From contig NC_135762.1 in the NCBI RefSeq assembly GCF_052425735.1, positions 27,900,001 through 27,964,000 on the forward strand: a DNA stretch of 64,000 nucleotides, written 5' to 3'. Origin of the DNA: Oculina patagonica (lineage: Eukaryota). Positions 13,024 to 25,800 of the stretch are shown in pieces. Under the pieces are notes generated by a model that did not search any database, was not told the origin of the DNA, and saw only the letters and a list, made by a program, of their open reading frames with translations. A program made the position numbers and the translations under genes. Numbering within the stretch: the stretch's first letter is position 1; every line of letters begins with the position of its first letter.

Positions 13024-13995
13024 TCAAAGAGCCATTGTTCGCGAAACAGAAGGTAAAACAGCTGGTCTTACGACTCTGTTCTTTTTGGCTAAAGGAACTG
13101 ATAGGACGAAGCGCCGTCGAAACTTGACTTTACAAATAGCATACAGCATCGGGTTAAGGAAAAACGAAATCTTGGCAAAGACACTACATGTACTGGTAGC
13201 TAAAGGATTAACCTTTTGTCCTAGAACTAAAAGGAAGGACACTATAGCGTAAGGTGACCACGGGATTAAAAAAGCAGCTATGATAGCTAAAAAGTACATG
13301 GAAGATTTACGATGTTTCTTCAGAAGCGCCTGTCTCGCAGTCATTGCGAAACGACTTCCTTGGGAAGTATTAACAGCAATCTGTTTGGAAACTTGGTGGA
13401 TCTTGTAATAGCAAAACGTGATCATGGCCAAGGGTAGAAAATAGCAAGTGACAACGACAACTCCAAAGTATGCCTGATCGCTTGGAACAGATGATTCCCA
13501 TTGAACTGAGCATGTTACATTTGTTCCTTCTAGGCCATATCTTGACCACCCGACCAAAGGTGCCACGCTGAAGCCAAACGAGTAAATCCAAGAGGCCAAG
13601 ATTATCAACACCACTTTCGTCTTGTCAAAATATGAATCTCTTGTAAGAGATCTAGTTATTGTCAAATACTTTCCCGCTGAAATGGCAGCCAAGTGAGTGA
13701 TAGAAACGAGGGCGAGTAGAAATATCAAGAAGGCATGAGCCTTGCACCCAGCCATGCCAAACGGCCATTCCTTATGGAAATGCCTTGCGATCGACAGTGG
13801 AATAGCTATCGCGCAAGAAAGAAAATCACTTACCGCGATACTGAGAATAAGATATGTCGGTGCTGAAATGCGACGATGGATATTTCTACAAATTGTAAAG
13901 ATCACAATTCCATTAAATGTGATTCCAAAAAGGCAGACCAAAATCTCGGTGATCACGAAGATTGTGTTCCAGCTTGCGAGACGTCCTTCATGCAT
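13024..13995 (-). CDS. Opsin (intronless class A GPCR), copy 1, 323 aa
   Basis: 7 hydrophobic segments, TM1 GxxxN, TM2 SD, C110/C187 equivalents, WSRYGLEG (E181), retinal-binding K296 in FAKIS, NPMLY. Confidence 0.92.
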   Translation of the reverse strand: MHEGRLASWNTIFVITEILVCLFGITFNGIVIFTICRNIHRRISAPTYLILSIAVSDFLSCAIAIPLSIARHFHKEWPFGMAGCKAHAFLIFLLALVSITHLAAISAGKYLTITRSLTRDSYFDKTKVVLIILASWIYSFGFSVAPLVGWSRYGLEGTNVTCSVQWESSVPSDQAYFGVVVVTCYFLPLAMITFCYYKIHQVSKQIAVNTSQGSRFAMTARQALLKKHRKSSMYFLAIIAAFLIPWSPYAIVSFLLVLGQKVNPLATSTCSVFAKISFFLNPMLYAICKVKFRRRFVLSVPLAKKNRVVRPAVLPSVSRTMAL

Positions 13996-15685
13996 GCTTT
14001 TCAGACATTGCCTCGAGGCTTATGATCTTGGCAAACCGTTTTGTCAAAAGTGGGTCGTTCTCTTCGTGAACTGAGGTTTCTGTATGCGTTTCAACCAAGG
14101 CGTTGAAGCGCATCCGGCATCCTTTGCTATATCATTTTCGTGTCTGTTCTGTTTGCTGCGCCGGTTCCGTTAAAGCGCTATCAGGATGTTTAGGCTTCAC
14201 TTAGACATTTTAACATCCAGTCGGCAATTTAAAAGGAATGAAGAAAACCGTTTCCTCCAAAATCAGTAATCAAAGCGCATTTCACCTGTTTGTTATTATG
14301 TCTATTCATACTCTTCACCAGGAAATATCACGGCAAAAACTGTACACTTTGGTAACTTTGCGAGCTATTTGTTCAACGATTGCTTTGCATGATAGGCAAA
14401 TTTGCCGAAGCAATTAATTACCTCGTTGCCAGGTTTTCAGTGAATAAAATTGGCTGTTTAATGTAATACTTTTAAGATTGACAATAACATTGTTTTGTAA
14501 CTGAACTGTTCATTTAGATCTTCTTTTCGAATCAATCTGGTTTATACAGAACGCGGAAAATGCAAAAATGCGGAAAACAAGTATCCTTGCATTACTAGAA
14601 TATGTTGCGAGGGTTAAAATCCGTAGGGTCTTTTTTGATCTTTTTTGTTTTGTCTTATAAGTACTTCTAGATAAAGGTAAGAGCATTAAACCATCAAGAC
14701 GTTTCCAACAGCGATGGAACACATGCAGTTTCGATTTGAGATACTGAACGGACCTGAACGGTATATTATAATGTGTTTTCTTAATTCTCGTTTTTGAAGA
14801 ATGCAAAGAGATAACTACAAAGGTTTCAAATTTAATTTATCAGTACTTTTTTTTATTTACTTGCCTTTGTTTATAGATCAAAAGAATGAACCTGTTTGGC
14901 GGTATTCCATGCGCCACAAAATAATCAGTTTTATTTTAGCGCCTAAAGGCCAAAAGAATTAAAGCACAGAAATACCGTATCATCAATCGTAAATCTTTCG
15001 TTTTGGTGAATGTATTACTTTGTTGTAAATTTTAATAACCAGTTTATTTCAATTAAGAACTATTAAATTCATGTTTGAGTTTATGTGAGGCCTTGAACAT
15101 ACTTAACGACTTCCTTGTTTTGATTAATTGGGAGATCCTTGTAAAACAAACCGCTAAAACAAAGACATAAAATGGATCCAACCGGAAGAGGTAAAAGCGT
15201 TAATAACGGTTTCTGAACTAAGCTTTCCTTAATTTGTCTAAAGCAGGCATGTGTTTTTTTTTTAAATTCTTTTTGAAATTTTTTTTCTGCTTTAATTTAT
15301 AGTCATAAACAGAATTTTACTCGACGCAGAAATCGTCAAAATGAAAGCCAAGGTTGTTATTCCTAAATTATCATCCGTTCTAGATGGACGCCATTGTTAA
15401 CGAGAAACCTTACAATCAATACTGCAGCAGAAAAAAACATAGTTGATGGATTACACGAGATAATATATATAGATAGTCAGAAGCGCCGGTATATTTCAAG
15501 GAAAAATAATTATAATCATTTAGTTCAGTTGGCGGATCGACTAGAATGATTGGCCCACTGAAAAACGTTTCACCCGTCCACCCATTTTTTTGCCTCCTTT
15601 TACCGGAGGGTTGGGATGCAAGAACGTCAATTATTCAAGGAAATACTGCCTATGACAAACAAAGACTGCTGTAAATTTTTTGAAC

Positions 15686-15833
15686 NNNNNNNNNNNNNNN
15701 NNNNNNNNNNNNNNNNNNNNNNNNNNNNNNNNNNNNNNNNNNNNNNNNNNNNNNNNNNNNNNNNNNNNNNNNNNNNNNNNNNNNNNNNNNNNNNNNNNNN
15801 NNNNNNNNNNNNNNNNNNNNNNNNNNNNNNNNN
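15686..15833. other. Assembly gap (N run)
   Basis: Run of n characters. Confidence 1.
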
Positions 15834-15947
15834 TTTCTGCAAACTGTAAAGTGCTCATGTTTTGTTGAAACCTTGCGCCAATGAAGTTGCACAAGTAGTT
15901 ATGTATATCATGATATAGAGCTGATTTACAAGCATTCATTGCTTACT

Positions 15948-16099
15948 CAGGGACGGCGGAGCAATTTTCCAAGTGGGGGGGCTGACTAGTGACTTGAAGT
16001 GGGGGGGGCTTAAAATACTTTTCTCTTAGTAAGTCTTTATTTTTCGGAAATTCTGGGGGGGATAAAGCCCCTCCAGCCCCCCCGGCTCCGCCGTGCCTG
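15948..16099. mobile_element. Short MITE
   Basis: TIR CAGG(G/C)ACGGCGGAGC; TTACT on both flanks. Confidence 0.65.
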
Positions 16100-17406
16100 T
16101 TACTGCATGACAAAGATATATAACTTCTCTTGAAATAATCAACAAGTTTTGAAATCAAAACATCTAGAAATTATATTCTTTCAAGGTTAATGCCAATCTA
16201 CGAAGAATATCAAATATTTGATATCTGATAAAATATGACTACTTCCTTGCTTTATGCGCCGGGTCACCTGGAGACCTGAAAATTAAAGTTAGGGAATTAC
16301 TTTTGTGTTTCTTTCCCTGTGCGCAAACAATAGTATGGTTTTTGTTTTTCAGTTTTAAAAGCTAACGTGAAGCTGCAAAAACTATCACGAGCATAAACTC
16401 ATTCCTTGTCGTTTTGTGCTGGCGTTCATTTCTCCGCGTTCAACGATCGAAAAAATACAACAATTGAGGGCTGTGAACAGTCTATAACTGCCTTGCGTTA
16501 CATCTGTCACTGATTTGCATCTATAGGGCAACCAGTTACCTCTACGTTGTTTTGAAGATGCCAAAATATTGTGGCGCACTTTGCTATCGAAAATCGTAAA
16601 ACTCGCTGCAGCCCACGTTAACCTCTTCGACAAAGTTAGAACCATTTCGCTTTACTGGAAACAAGTCAACATAAGCCAAACAATTGAGATAGAAATACAC
16701 TACTGAAATTAAAATTAATTTATCGGAATTTTTGCTTACATTCGGTTGACAGCAAAACAGATCTTAATCTTTTGATAATCAAATATTTCACCTCTTTTAA
16801 AACTCTTAGATGATCATATAAGTCTCTAACAAAATCAGGTTTTCTTGATTGCTTTCAAGGTGAAACAAATACTACCTTTCCAATGAATGATTTCGCGAAT
16901 AACTTGCATGAAGATATGAAATAGTCAAAATAAAGAGAAAGTCAAAATTGAATACAAGCGATGTGGGTTTTTGTGGTCTTCCTATATATCGAATTAATTT
17001 GCCTATTCATTTATTTCATCATATTCAGGTCTTTTCGAAATTTAATATTATGACGACTTTCAGGTTTCGTCAATGTAGCCAGCTCAAGCAAATATCAAAA
17101 CAGAAAACTCAGTAAAAGCTTTACGTTATTTTCTTTCACTCCTGCTCTTTTGTCTCAAGAAAAGCAAGAAAGTTAGAAGGCACTTTAACTTTCATTTTTA
17201 TTCTTTTTGTGTAGCAAACATGAAAGAAACATGATACAAATTAATTTTTTGTAAACTCAAATATTATAAACAGTCTTGCATTATTCAGTTGTGGTTATTC
17301 GTAGCTCGTTTACTTCACGTCAAGCAATAATCTTTCAATTGTAACAAATTTGTTATCCACAAGTTGCATCTTCGAACACTTTTTCCTGTTCCTGTTCTTT
17401 GTAACT

Positions 17407-18815
17407 ATGATTCCGCGGAGGCTAAAAACGATATCTACTATTGCGCTCTGTGCTTTAGCCTTATGTGTGATGTTGAACGCAGTAGTGTTTTTGAAAACTG
17501 TCAAGTCAGCTCAAAGAGGTATAGTAAATAACTTTTCTACTATGTGCATTTTCTTCTACAAATAAACTTCACTGCTGCACAGCTAGAGCTGACTCAGTCG
17601 TAATAATGTGATCAACGCATAATTCTCGCTGGTTCAACCCCAGTATAACAGGGATGAAATCAAACTGAATGATAAACTGTAACTATTATGGTTTCGTTGA
17701 AACGTTTCATAATACCATCTTTGCCACCTTTGCTGAACTGAATTAAATTAAACACCTGGATTGCATGTATTTTGCTGTTGTATGTATTAACGTTTATTTC
17801 ATTTTTAACAGTCTCTTCCATGCAGAGAACCTTGAATGTTAATTTGCTGGAACCGAGAAATACAGAGGTAAGTTCTGCCTAAAAATTGTGCTGGCATACA
17901 TTCATGGCGAAAACTGAAAAGGGTCAAAATTTGTCATTGTGTTTTTGCATAAAATGTGAAGCAACTTGTTCACAATTTCCTTTTGCAATCTCTCCATTTC
18001 AGGATGACAGATTGCCTTTTAGCACAGAAGAAAGACAACGCGAACTTAAAAGTCATCTGACTGATTATTGCCGAGCAAATAAGCATAAACGAGGTTTGCC
18101 GAGCCTGTATCGTCTTCACATTATTGAATCGCCTCAAATTGTCTTCTGTATGGTTCCTAAAGTAGCCAGTCGTCAGTGGAGGGCTATATTTAAGCAACTG
18201 CGCCTGCGCAAAGGGCAAATGCGAGCTAATCTGGATCAATACGACGCAACAGATATCTCCAGTTTCCTAAGGAACTCGTACAAGTTTATGTTTGTTCGAG
18301 AACCTTTTGAGCGTTTGTTATCAGCTTACAAGGATAAATTTGTTTCAACAAGGCCAGTGGATCGACATATGCTCGATACTTACGGAAGAAAGATTATAAG
18401 GAGATTTCGTCCGAACGCCACCCAAAAGGCACTGCAAGCCGGTGACGACGTCACCTTCCCAGAATTCATAGAGTACATTTTAAAAGAAGGTATTCACGAG
18501 GGCCTGAATTGGCATTGGAATACGTATGAAGATCAGTGTAGGCCTTGTAGTGTGGAATACAACTTCATAGGACGCTTTGAATTTCTTACCCAGGATGCAG
18601 AGTATGCATTGAAGAAAGCTGCAGTTTATAATTTGACTCTGTTTCCGAGCAAGACTAGTTATTCAAAAACACACCAAGAGTTGATAAAGTATTATTCACA
18701 GATCCCCCTCGACTGGATTATACAGCTTGGTCGTGTTTACCGCAGCAGTTTTGAGATGTTTGGATATCCTTTTCCAGGTCCCCTCCAGGTCTTGTTTTAT
18801 AACGTCACTGGTTAG
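17407..18815 (+). CDS. Carbohydrate sulfotransferase, CHST11/HNK-1ST family; exons 17407-17518, 17812-17867, 18003-18815 (~326 aa)
   Basis: Type II signal-anchor in exon 1; 5'-PSB motif FCMVPKVASRQW, 3'-PB motif FVREPFERLLSAY, and HW..Y...C.PC...Y..IG.FE. Confidence 0.9.
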
Positions 18816-18990
18816 ACTGGAAAAGCTGGTCAAACTGGACAGTCTAGACCGACTGGTTAAACTGTTTAGAGCAATATAGCTGGTCAGACTGTTATAACTG
18901 GTCAGGCTGATATAGCTGGTCAGACTGACGTGACGGGTCAGACTGGACATTCTGGTTTGACTGGTATAATTGGCCCCACTGGTAAACTCT
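18807..18990 (+). repeat. Degenerate 9-bp minisatellite (CTGGTCAGA-like) overlapping the sulfotransferase stop codon
   Basis: About 20 units with CTGG/CTG periodicity of 9. Confidence 0.8.
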
Positions 18991-19880
18991 AGGGAAGGGG
19001 GAGAAATTTCCTTTTTGACGTTATCTGAGTTGACGTATTTAAAAAATGATGAATCATAAAGAAACATCTATTACCACGTAAAAAGACCAATCGTTTCCTT
19101 TTGATTTATTGACTTATTTATTAGTATGTTGTTATTTACAAGTTAAGTATTTGGTGAATGGGTAAAAGGGCGTACTTCTGCAGATATTAAAAAACGTTTT
19201 CTTTTACTTAGAAGCGATTGATAGAAATGGGAAAATAATTGATAAAGGAAATTATCAAAAACAAGAAGCCGTTAAGCTTCAATTTATATTGAGTCAAAAA
19301 TAAAGAGTGCATATTTTTCTTTTAAAGTACTGTACAAAAATGATTCAACATTATTAAGACGTTTTGGGATAATTTCTTATAGTGAACAATGCAAATGATC
19401 TACGAAAGCTGTTACACGACCTTGATCTTCAGAGAGATTTAAATCATCACCAACTAGATCCTTTTTAGAACACGAGAAAAGGATAATAAAGTAGAAATGT
19501 GGTAAAATAAGATGCTTCCTGTTGTTGTCCAGGCACAAGAGGTGTATTGTAGTATTTTTTTTTTCAATGCCTGGTTTAAAGCGAAGTATTGGGTTTTTAA
19601 TGATGTAAAAAGCTAATTAGAACTCCAGTATAAAATTGGTCCCAACTGTGAATGATTACTACTTATTCCGGGTTTTAAAACTAATTTTTAAATCGTTGAT
19701 CTAGATGATGACCCATGTTGCACGAATTTCTTGAACTAATCACAGTTCACATTGCCGATTTTTATCAGACCACTTGATGAAGAACATGTCAAACACAAAT
19801 TCCAACTGAGCGCAAAACACAATTAGGGTACAATTACAGCTAAACGAAACAGGCATACTACAGTTTTAGGAAGTGGAAGA

Positions 19881-22800
19881 TTACAATTCTACAGTAGTGG
19901 GACCGGCCTTCATTGCTTCTGTTTGGTAGTACGGCGGGGGTGCTTGCATCGGCGGCACTGCCCCTGGAGGTTGCGGAGGCTGTGCATATGCTCCGTAACC
20001 AGGATTCATTGCCATGCCAGGGGCTGGGTTATACTGACCAGCTTGAGAATAGGGATTGGGAGGCCCAGGTGGAGGCGGTCCCGGCTGCATTCCTGGTGGT
20101 GGAAGCGGAGGCGGGCCAGGCTGCATTCCTGGCGGTTGAAGCGGTGGTGGTCCTGGCGGCATTCCTGGAGCACGAGGATACTGTTGTGGGTTGTGCTGAG
20201 GATAGCCAGCAGCGGGTGGCGGATTCGATGCTACCGCGGTGGTGGTGGTAGTGGTAGTAACAGCTTGAGTTGTTACAACCCGCCGATTCTTTCTTTTTAT
20301 GAGGTAAATGGCGAGGGCGATTATAAAGACTATGACGCCAATACCGACAATGACTCCGACCACGGTACTCACCATGCTCGCTGAAGAGAGACAAAATAAA
20401 ACAAAATCCATGACCATCAATATTTGTAAAATATCAGTGGCCAATAGCAGCTTCCTCTTCGAAATCAAAATTGTTAATTTTGTGATACCCCAAATTTCTG
20501 ATACAAGATATCTCGCGTTGCAATGCTCAAAACCCTCATATATTTCGAGGTAACAACTAATTAAAATTGTATTTTTTATCTACCTGTCATAATTATGCAC
20601 GTACAATCAAAACAACGCACTGAAAGGTTTATATTTAGCAGTGTTGTTTTCTATGAGACACATTGAAGACAATTCGATAACGTTGAACCTGTAGTTTTCA
20701 GTTGTTAAATAAAATAAAATAAACTTATTTACTTACAGCTGCTTCTATTGACAACTTCATATCGAGCCTGGAACCCTTTATAACTCAACTGAGCGTCGGA
20801 CCTGAAGCGCACCCACAGGTAGCGACCACTTGATGTGATGGTAGAGGCATAGCTTCCACAATAGGTCCCCTTCTTCAAACTTGACGAAGTTGACCCATCG
20901 CGAACCTCCAGGTAATCATTTGAGGAGCACGTTCCGCTCTCCAATCTGAAGTAGTTAAAGGACAGTTTGATGCCTTTTCCGCTTGGTGCAGTGATTTTCC
21001 AGGTGCACAGCATGCTGTTAGGGTAGTAAGATGGATAAGACGGACTGCTGAATGTCCCACTGGAGGAGATGCTCAGTTGTAGATTGTTGTTGTGGAGGAA
21101 CGGGGCGTTCAAGTGGCACTTGCCGGAAGAGCGAACTGTAGAATTGAATATTACAACAGTCAATACAGTCAGGCTTAAACATTAACAAGCGTCGCCTTCA
21201 ATACGATATCACTCTTGAAACTTAGTTGGGTGAGGGCTTCTGAGCGTATCTGTGTGGTATTATTTGTGTTCCAAATGGTAGCAACACAATGCAAGAATAT
21301 ACTAACTCGGGAAACAAATAAAAGGTCATTTACATAACGGACGTAGACGGCTCTGGGGATGAGGGTGGGGGTGGGGTGAAAGCCCCCCCCCCCCTTTTTT
21401 GAGGCACAGTAGAAACTCGGTTTCTCGAACCCTCGGTTTCTTGAAACTCCAGATTTCTCGTACCAATTCTCATTTCCCTTAGATAGTTCTCCTCTGTAAT
21501 AGTTTCTCGAAGCAATTTTAGTTTCCCTTGGAGGTTCAAGAAATCAGGAATTTACTATATTTGCCCAGGTTAAAAAGAGGTATTATGTCGTGATGCTCAA
21601 ATTATCGGTAGCAGCTCATTCATCCCTCAGACAAAGTTTTATCTCCTAACTTGCCTTTGTATTGCAGTAAAACAATGTTTGCATATGCGAGTTCACTAGT
21701 TGCATCGTCTGGTTTACTTTTGTCGCACACTTTTTTTGGTTCTGAGAGGTAGTGGAATAAATTATGATCGCTATAAATTACTCTTTAGTATTATTTCTTT
21801 CTTAAGCCTGGTTTTCACTAGCGACGCAAGCACAAGCGCAAGTATAAGCGCAAGAATAACAGCTCTTTTTTCTCCGTGGAAACGGCTTCGACTCAAGCAA
21901 AAGCACAAGCGCATTATAGTTTTATGTTTGTGCTTGTGCTTGCGGCAGGCACAAGAACAAGGATCAAAATTTGTCCTTTTTGAGTGATCGCGCTTATGCT
22001 TGCGCTTGTGCTTGCGTCGCTAGTGAAAACCAGGCTTTACCTGGCACTATAGCTCTAAAAGTAGCTGAGAACTTTCGTGTCACAGGATAATTATCGTAGT
22101 CGCTGACGAACTTCACAAAAATGTACTTGTAGCTGGACACTATTATCGGCGGCAGCCTGCTTCCGCAAAACTTTCCAATCAGCTTGCTTGTCGAAAACCT
22201 ATCTCCATCGCGAATCTCCACATAATCATCTGCACAACTGGTCCTTGACTCCAGGAGGAAGGAAGTGAATTTTAACCGTACTGCATAACTGGACGAGGGC
22301 CTCTGTAGACTCCATAAGCAAACTCTGGAGGGGGGATAGTTGAAAGGGTAGGATGGACTTGTGAGCTGTCTTTCCGCGTACGTATAACTTAAATAAGATA
22401 AACCATTGCTGGAACAGGCTGAAAATAAACGAATAGATGTATGGTTGGTACTGAGCAAGAGTATGCTTCAGTGTTACCCAAGCTGTCTAAATACATAATA
22501 AAGGCTTATACGGAAAAATAAATGAAATCCTTCTTTTAGGGTCTCGTCCGATGATGGTCGTAGGGGCAAAATGGTAAGTCTTATGCGCAGCCTGTAGAGA
22601 TCTAATACTTAAACAGTTAATTATACAAATCTTCTGAAATAAATAATGAAAACTAAAATTGAATGCACGAGTTTTAGTAAAATAAATGTTAAACAACGGG
22701 AGTGGTGTCACAGATGACGTCACAGGTGGCTCACAAATCTCGAACTTTCCTGCTTAATAAAAGTGAGTTCAGGAAGCGATGTAAAATGCGTGTAAGGCAA

Positions 22801-25800
22801 CAAATTAAATATAAAAAGCTCTCAGAACATAAAATTTGGCATGGCATTGAAAGGTTAAAATTAGTATTCAGGGTTATCTGTGTTTCGGGCTGTGGCAGAC
22901 ACAAAGCAAGATTTTACCACAATGTCTGAATTAAATAAAACAAACAAACAAACAATCTTGAGATAGACAGACACACGGCACACAAACAAACGAAACTAAA
23001 AAACTCGATTAGAAGAACATAAATATCATACTTACGACTTGCCGACGATAATTTATACAGGGAGGAAATAGCTGAAAAATAAAAGGGAAATTAATTATTT
23101 ATTCGTCAGCTATGATGTAACTGAACTCACAGTAGTTGCTATTGTAGTATTTCTCCTGATAAATCTGAACTACAGAGAAGGAAAAGTACGGAAGGCACTT
23201 TTTGTACTGTATATCGTTGTTCGATAGAAATTCTAGTTTCTTTTTTATCTGTTACATAACTTGTACACTGTGTAACTGCGTTACTGATAGATCAGGGGCA
23301 CCCAACGGAATATTTCGTTAAAATATCTGTTCGGAAGACGATTTGAGATCTAGAATTTTCGGAACATTCATTGTAAATTTTTTTGCTTGCTTGCCTTTCT
23401 TAGGATTTTCGAATAACTAAAAAATGGTATAATTGTTCATTTTTAACGGATTTTTACTCTAAAAAGGTCACCTAGAATTTTCGGGAGCCCTTCTCTGGCT
23501 GGAATTTTTTCGAAAAGGTAAGTTTTGATCCCTATAACTTTCGGATCACTAGACTTTCAGCTAGGAAATCCGAACAGATAAAAAAAAATTTAGGGGATAA
23601 AAATATGCCTATATCTACCGTTTAAATACTAAAATACGTTCAACGGTGCTATCTTTAAGTGGTTTTGAACTATACTCTCGATGGGTGCCCCTGATAGATG
23701 CAGTTAGTGGGGCAAATAAAAATTAATGATTGAGCGATCTTCCTGAATTATAAACATTTTGAATTGATAGGAATCAGCTCTTCCTCGGAAATTCTACTCA
23801 TGACATGGTTTTTTAAAATCTCCCCTTCAATTTGACCTTAATAACTTTATACAAAGATCTTATAAAATTTCTGTAAATTATTTGCAAAATTTACAAGAAA
23901 AACAACAAGATTTTTTAGACATTTTATTCACGAAATGGGCGAAAATGTACAGACTTGTTATGGGTTTTACAAAATTTCTGTAAGTGTGCACGCTCATAGA
24001 CATTAAAATTTACAAGTTAAGTATAGAGATTTAATTTTTTTACAGAGATTTAAACAATTATTTGTAAGTCTGTAAAGGGTTCAGTTTTTCCAGTGACCCA
24101 GGGAGTTAAGGTTGGGGTGTACTACTGGACTATAGGTAGTAAGGGGTACATTTTTTCAGGCTGGATGCATATAAAAGGGAAGTCATTATACAAGTTGAAG
24201 TATGGTTAGGGTAGGAGAAACTTTCATTTAGTTATTTAAATGGGGTTTTCAAAATATCTGGAACAGACGCACCTTGCGACAAATTCAAATATTAATTATT
24301 TTTTTAAAAAGGAATGCAACATTTCTACTGAAGGTATGTGCAAGGGGTGCATGCTATTTTCTATTCTTGGTTTTCATGTTACGTCATAAAACTCTGAAAT
24401 CAAAATTCACTGGGCCTGCTAAATTTTCGTTGTCATTAGGCGAAAGATAAACTAAAAATATATCTTTTTGCAAATTTCCAGATCGATAGTGTCATTCGTT
24501 TTTAAAACAGAGCATTTTGAATATTTGAGTTCTCCCTCGTATGTGACATCAAGCTGAGTGCCGTGACAAAGCTGTTTTGTTTGAAAAAAGGCCTTTCCTT
24601 TCCATTTTGTGCAGATTGAACATTTCAGATAAAATAAGTGGTGTTTATGTGAAAGTGTACTAGCTCTTAAGCCAAGGATAGCCGCTGTTGTAAACAGAAT
24701 TGAGTTCCAGATGGTTTCTCTGACATCACGGCGGCCATAACTGTGTCCCTCAGAAGGACACAGTTATGGCGTCTTCATACTAAGCTTTATAAATTTGAAT
24801 AGAAAGGTTCGGAAAATAACTCGCGAACGGTACACCGCACAGACCCGAAACTTGGAGAAATTGTTTATCTATTTATCCTCTATAATAGTTGAAATTCATA
24901 GCTTCTGTAGTTGAATGGTGTCGAATTTATTATTTGATTGGGTGACAGTGAAAACCAGCAATTGAAGGTACGTATTCTAAAGGGTTACCTTTTCCGTTAA
25001 AAGGGGCATATAAATGCCCCCTCTCCCCATAAAACTCTTTTGGGTGCCCCTCCAAGGGAAGGAAAGCTCCTAAACAGATTTGATAGTCTTGCCTTGGGTT
25101 CGTCACGCGCTCAAATGCGTGACAAGCCAATCTGACAAAAGCACAGTAACTAAAAATAGCTTTGAACATTTGTTTTCTTTCAAGTTGGCACCCAGCTTCT
25201 CCTGAAATCAAAGAACAATGTGCAATGTGCAGCGTTCTTAGAAAGAAGAGCGAGCCTGCCGAGAGCTAGTGAAATTGAATTTGAAAGTGAATACGATGAT
25301 CGTTATTTGGAGTGCCGGGCGCTTGCGAATAGATGAAAATATGATCTTATGGCTCGAACAAGTTTTAATGCCCACTCTTTGTTCAAATACTAATAATCTT
25401 CACTACAAAGAAGCCTGGACATGAACACGAACTCATTAACATGAACAGGTGTAATTACGTCACCATTAGTTTAACTGCTGCCTAAGACAAACACGTTTAG
25501 CTCAGAGTAGGTTTTTGACTAATCCAAACTCAAATATTTCTCAGGGTTGCTGTAGTAACTATGGAATTATTTGTTTGTTGCGAAATTCAAAATGGCGTTT
25601 CGTCTGTTTTTTGAGCACGCAACTTTAATTTTAGTGACAGAAGAGAAAGAATACTTGCTTGTACTAATTAAAAAAGTGATAAAAATTGCTGGAGTATCCT
25701 TTACCGATGTAACCGTCGCAAAAGCTAAGAGAGTTAAAGCTACGGAACTTACTTGATTATTTAGGTACACTGAATTGCGTAGAAAAACACTGGCTTTATT

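Noticed and set aside
15616-15939. ORFs containing X runs (also 44538-44956)
   Set aside because: Artefacts of translating across N gaps.
17886-18002. N-terminus of the 309-aa sulfotransferase ORF
   Set aside because: Intron sequence before the acceptor at 18002. The signal-anchor comes from exons at 17407 and 17812.
18696-19067. 123-aa antisense ORF with SLTS repeats
   Set aside because: It is the reverse reading of the 9-bp minisatellite overlapping the sulfotransferase 3' end.
19913-20553. Plus-strand and alternative-frame ORFs over the Pro-rich exon
   Set aside because: GC-rich shadow frames of the CUB protein's proline-repeat tail.
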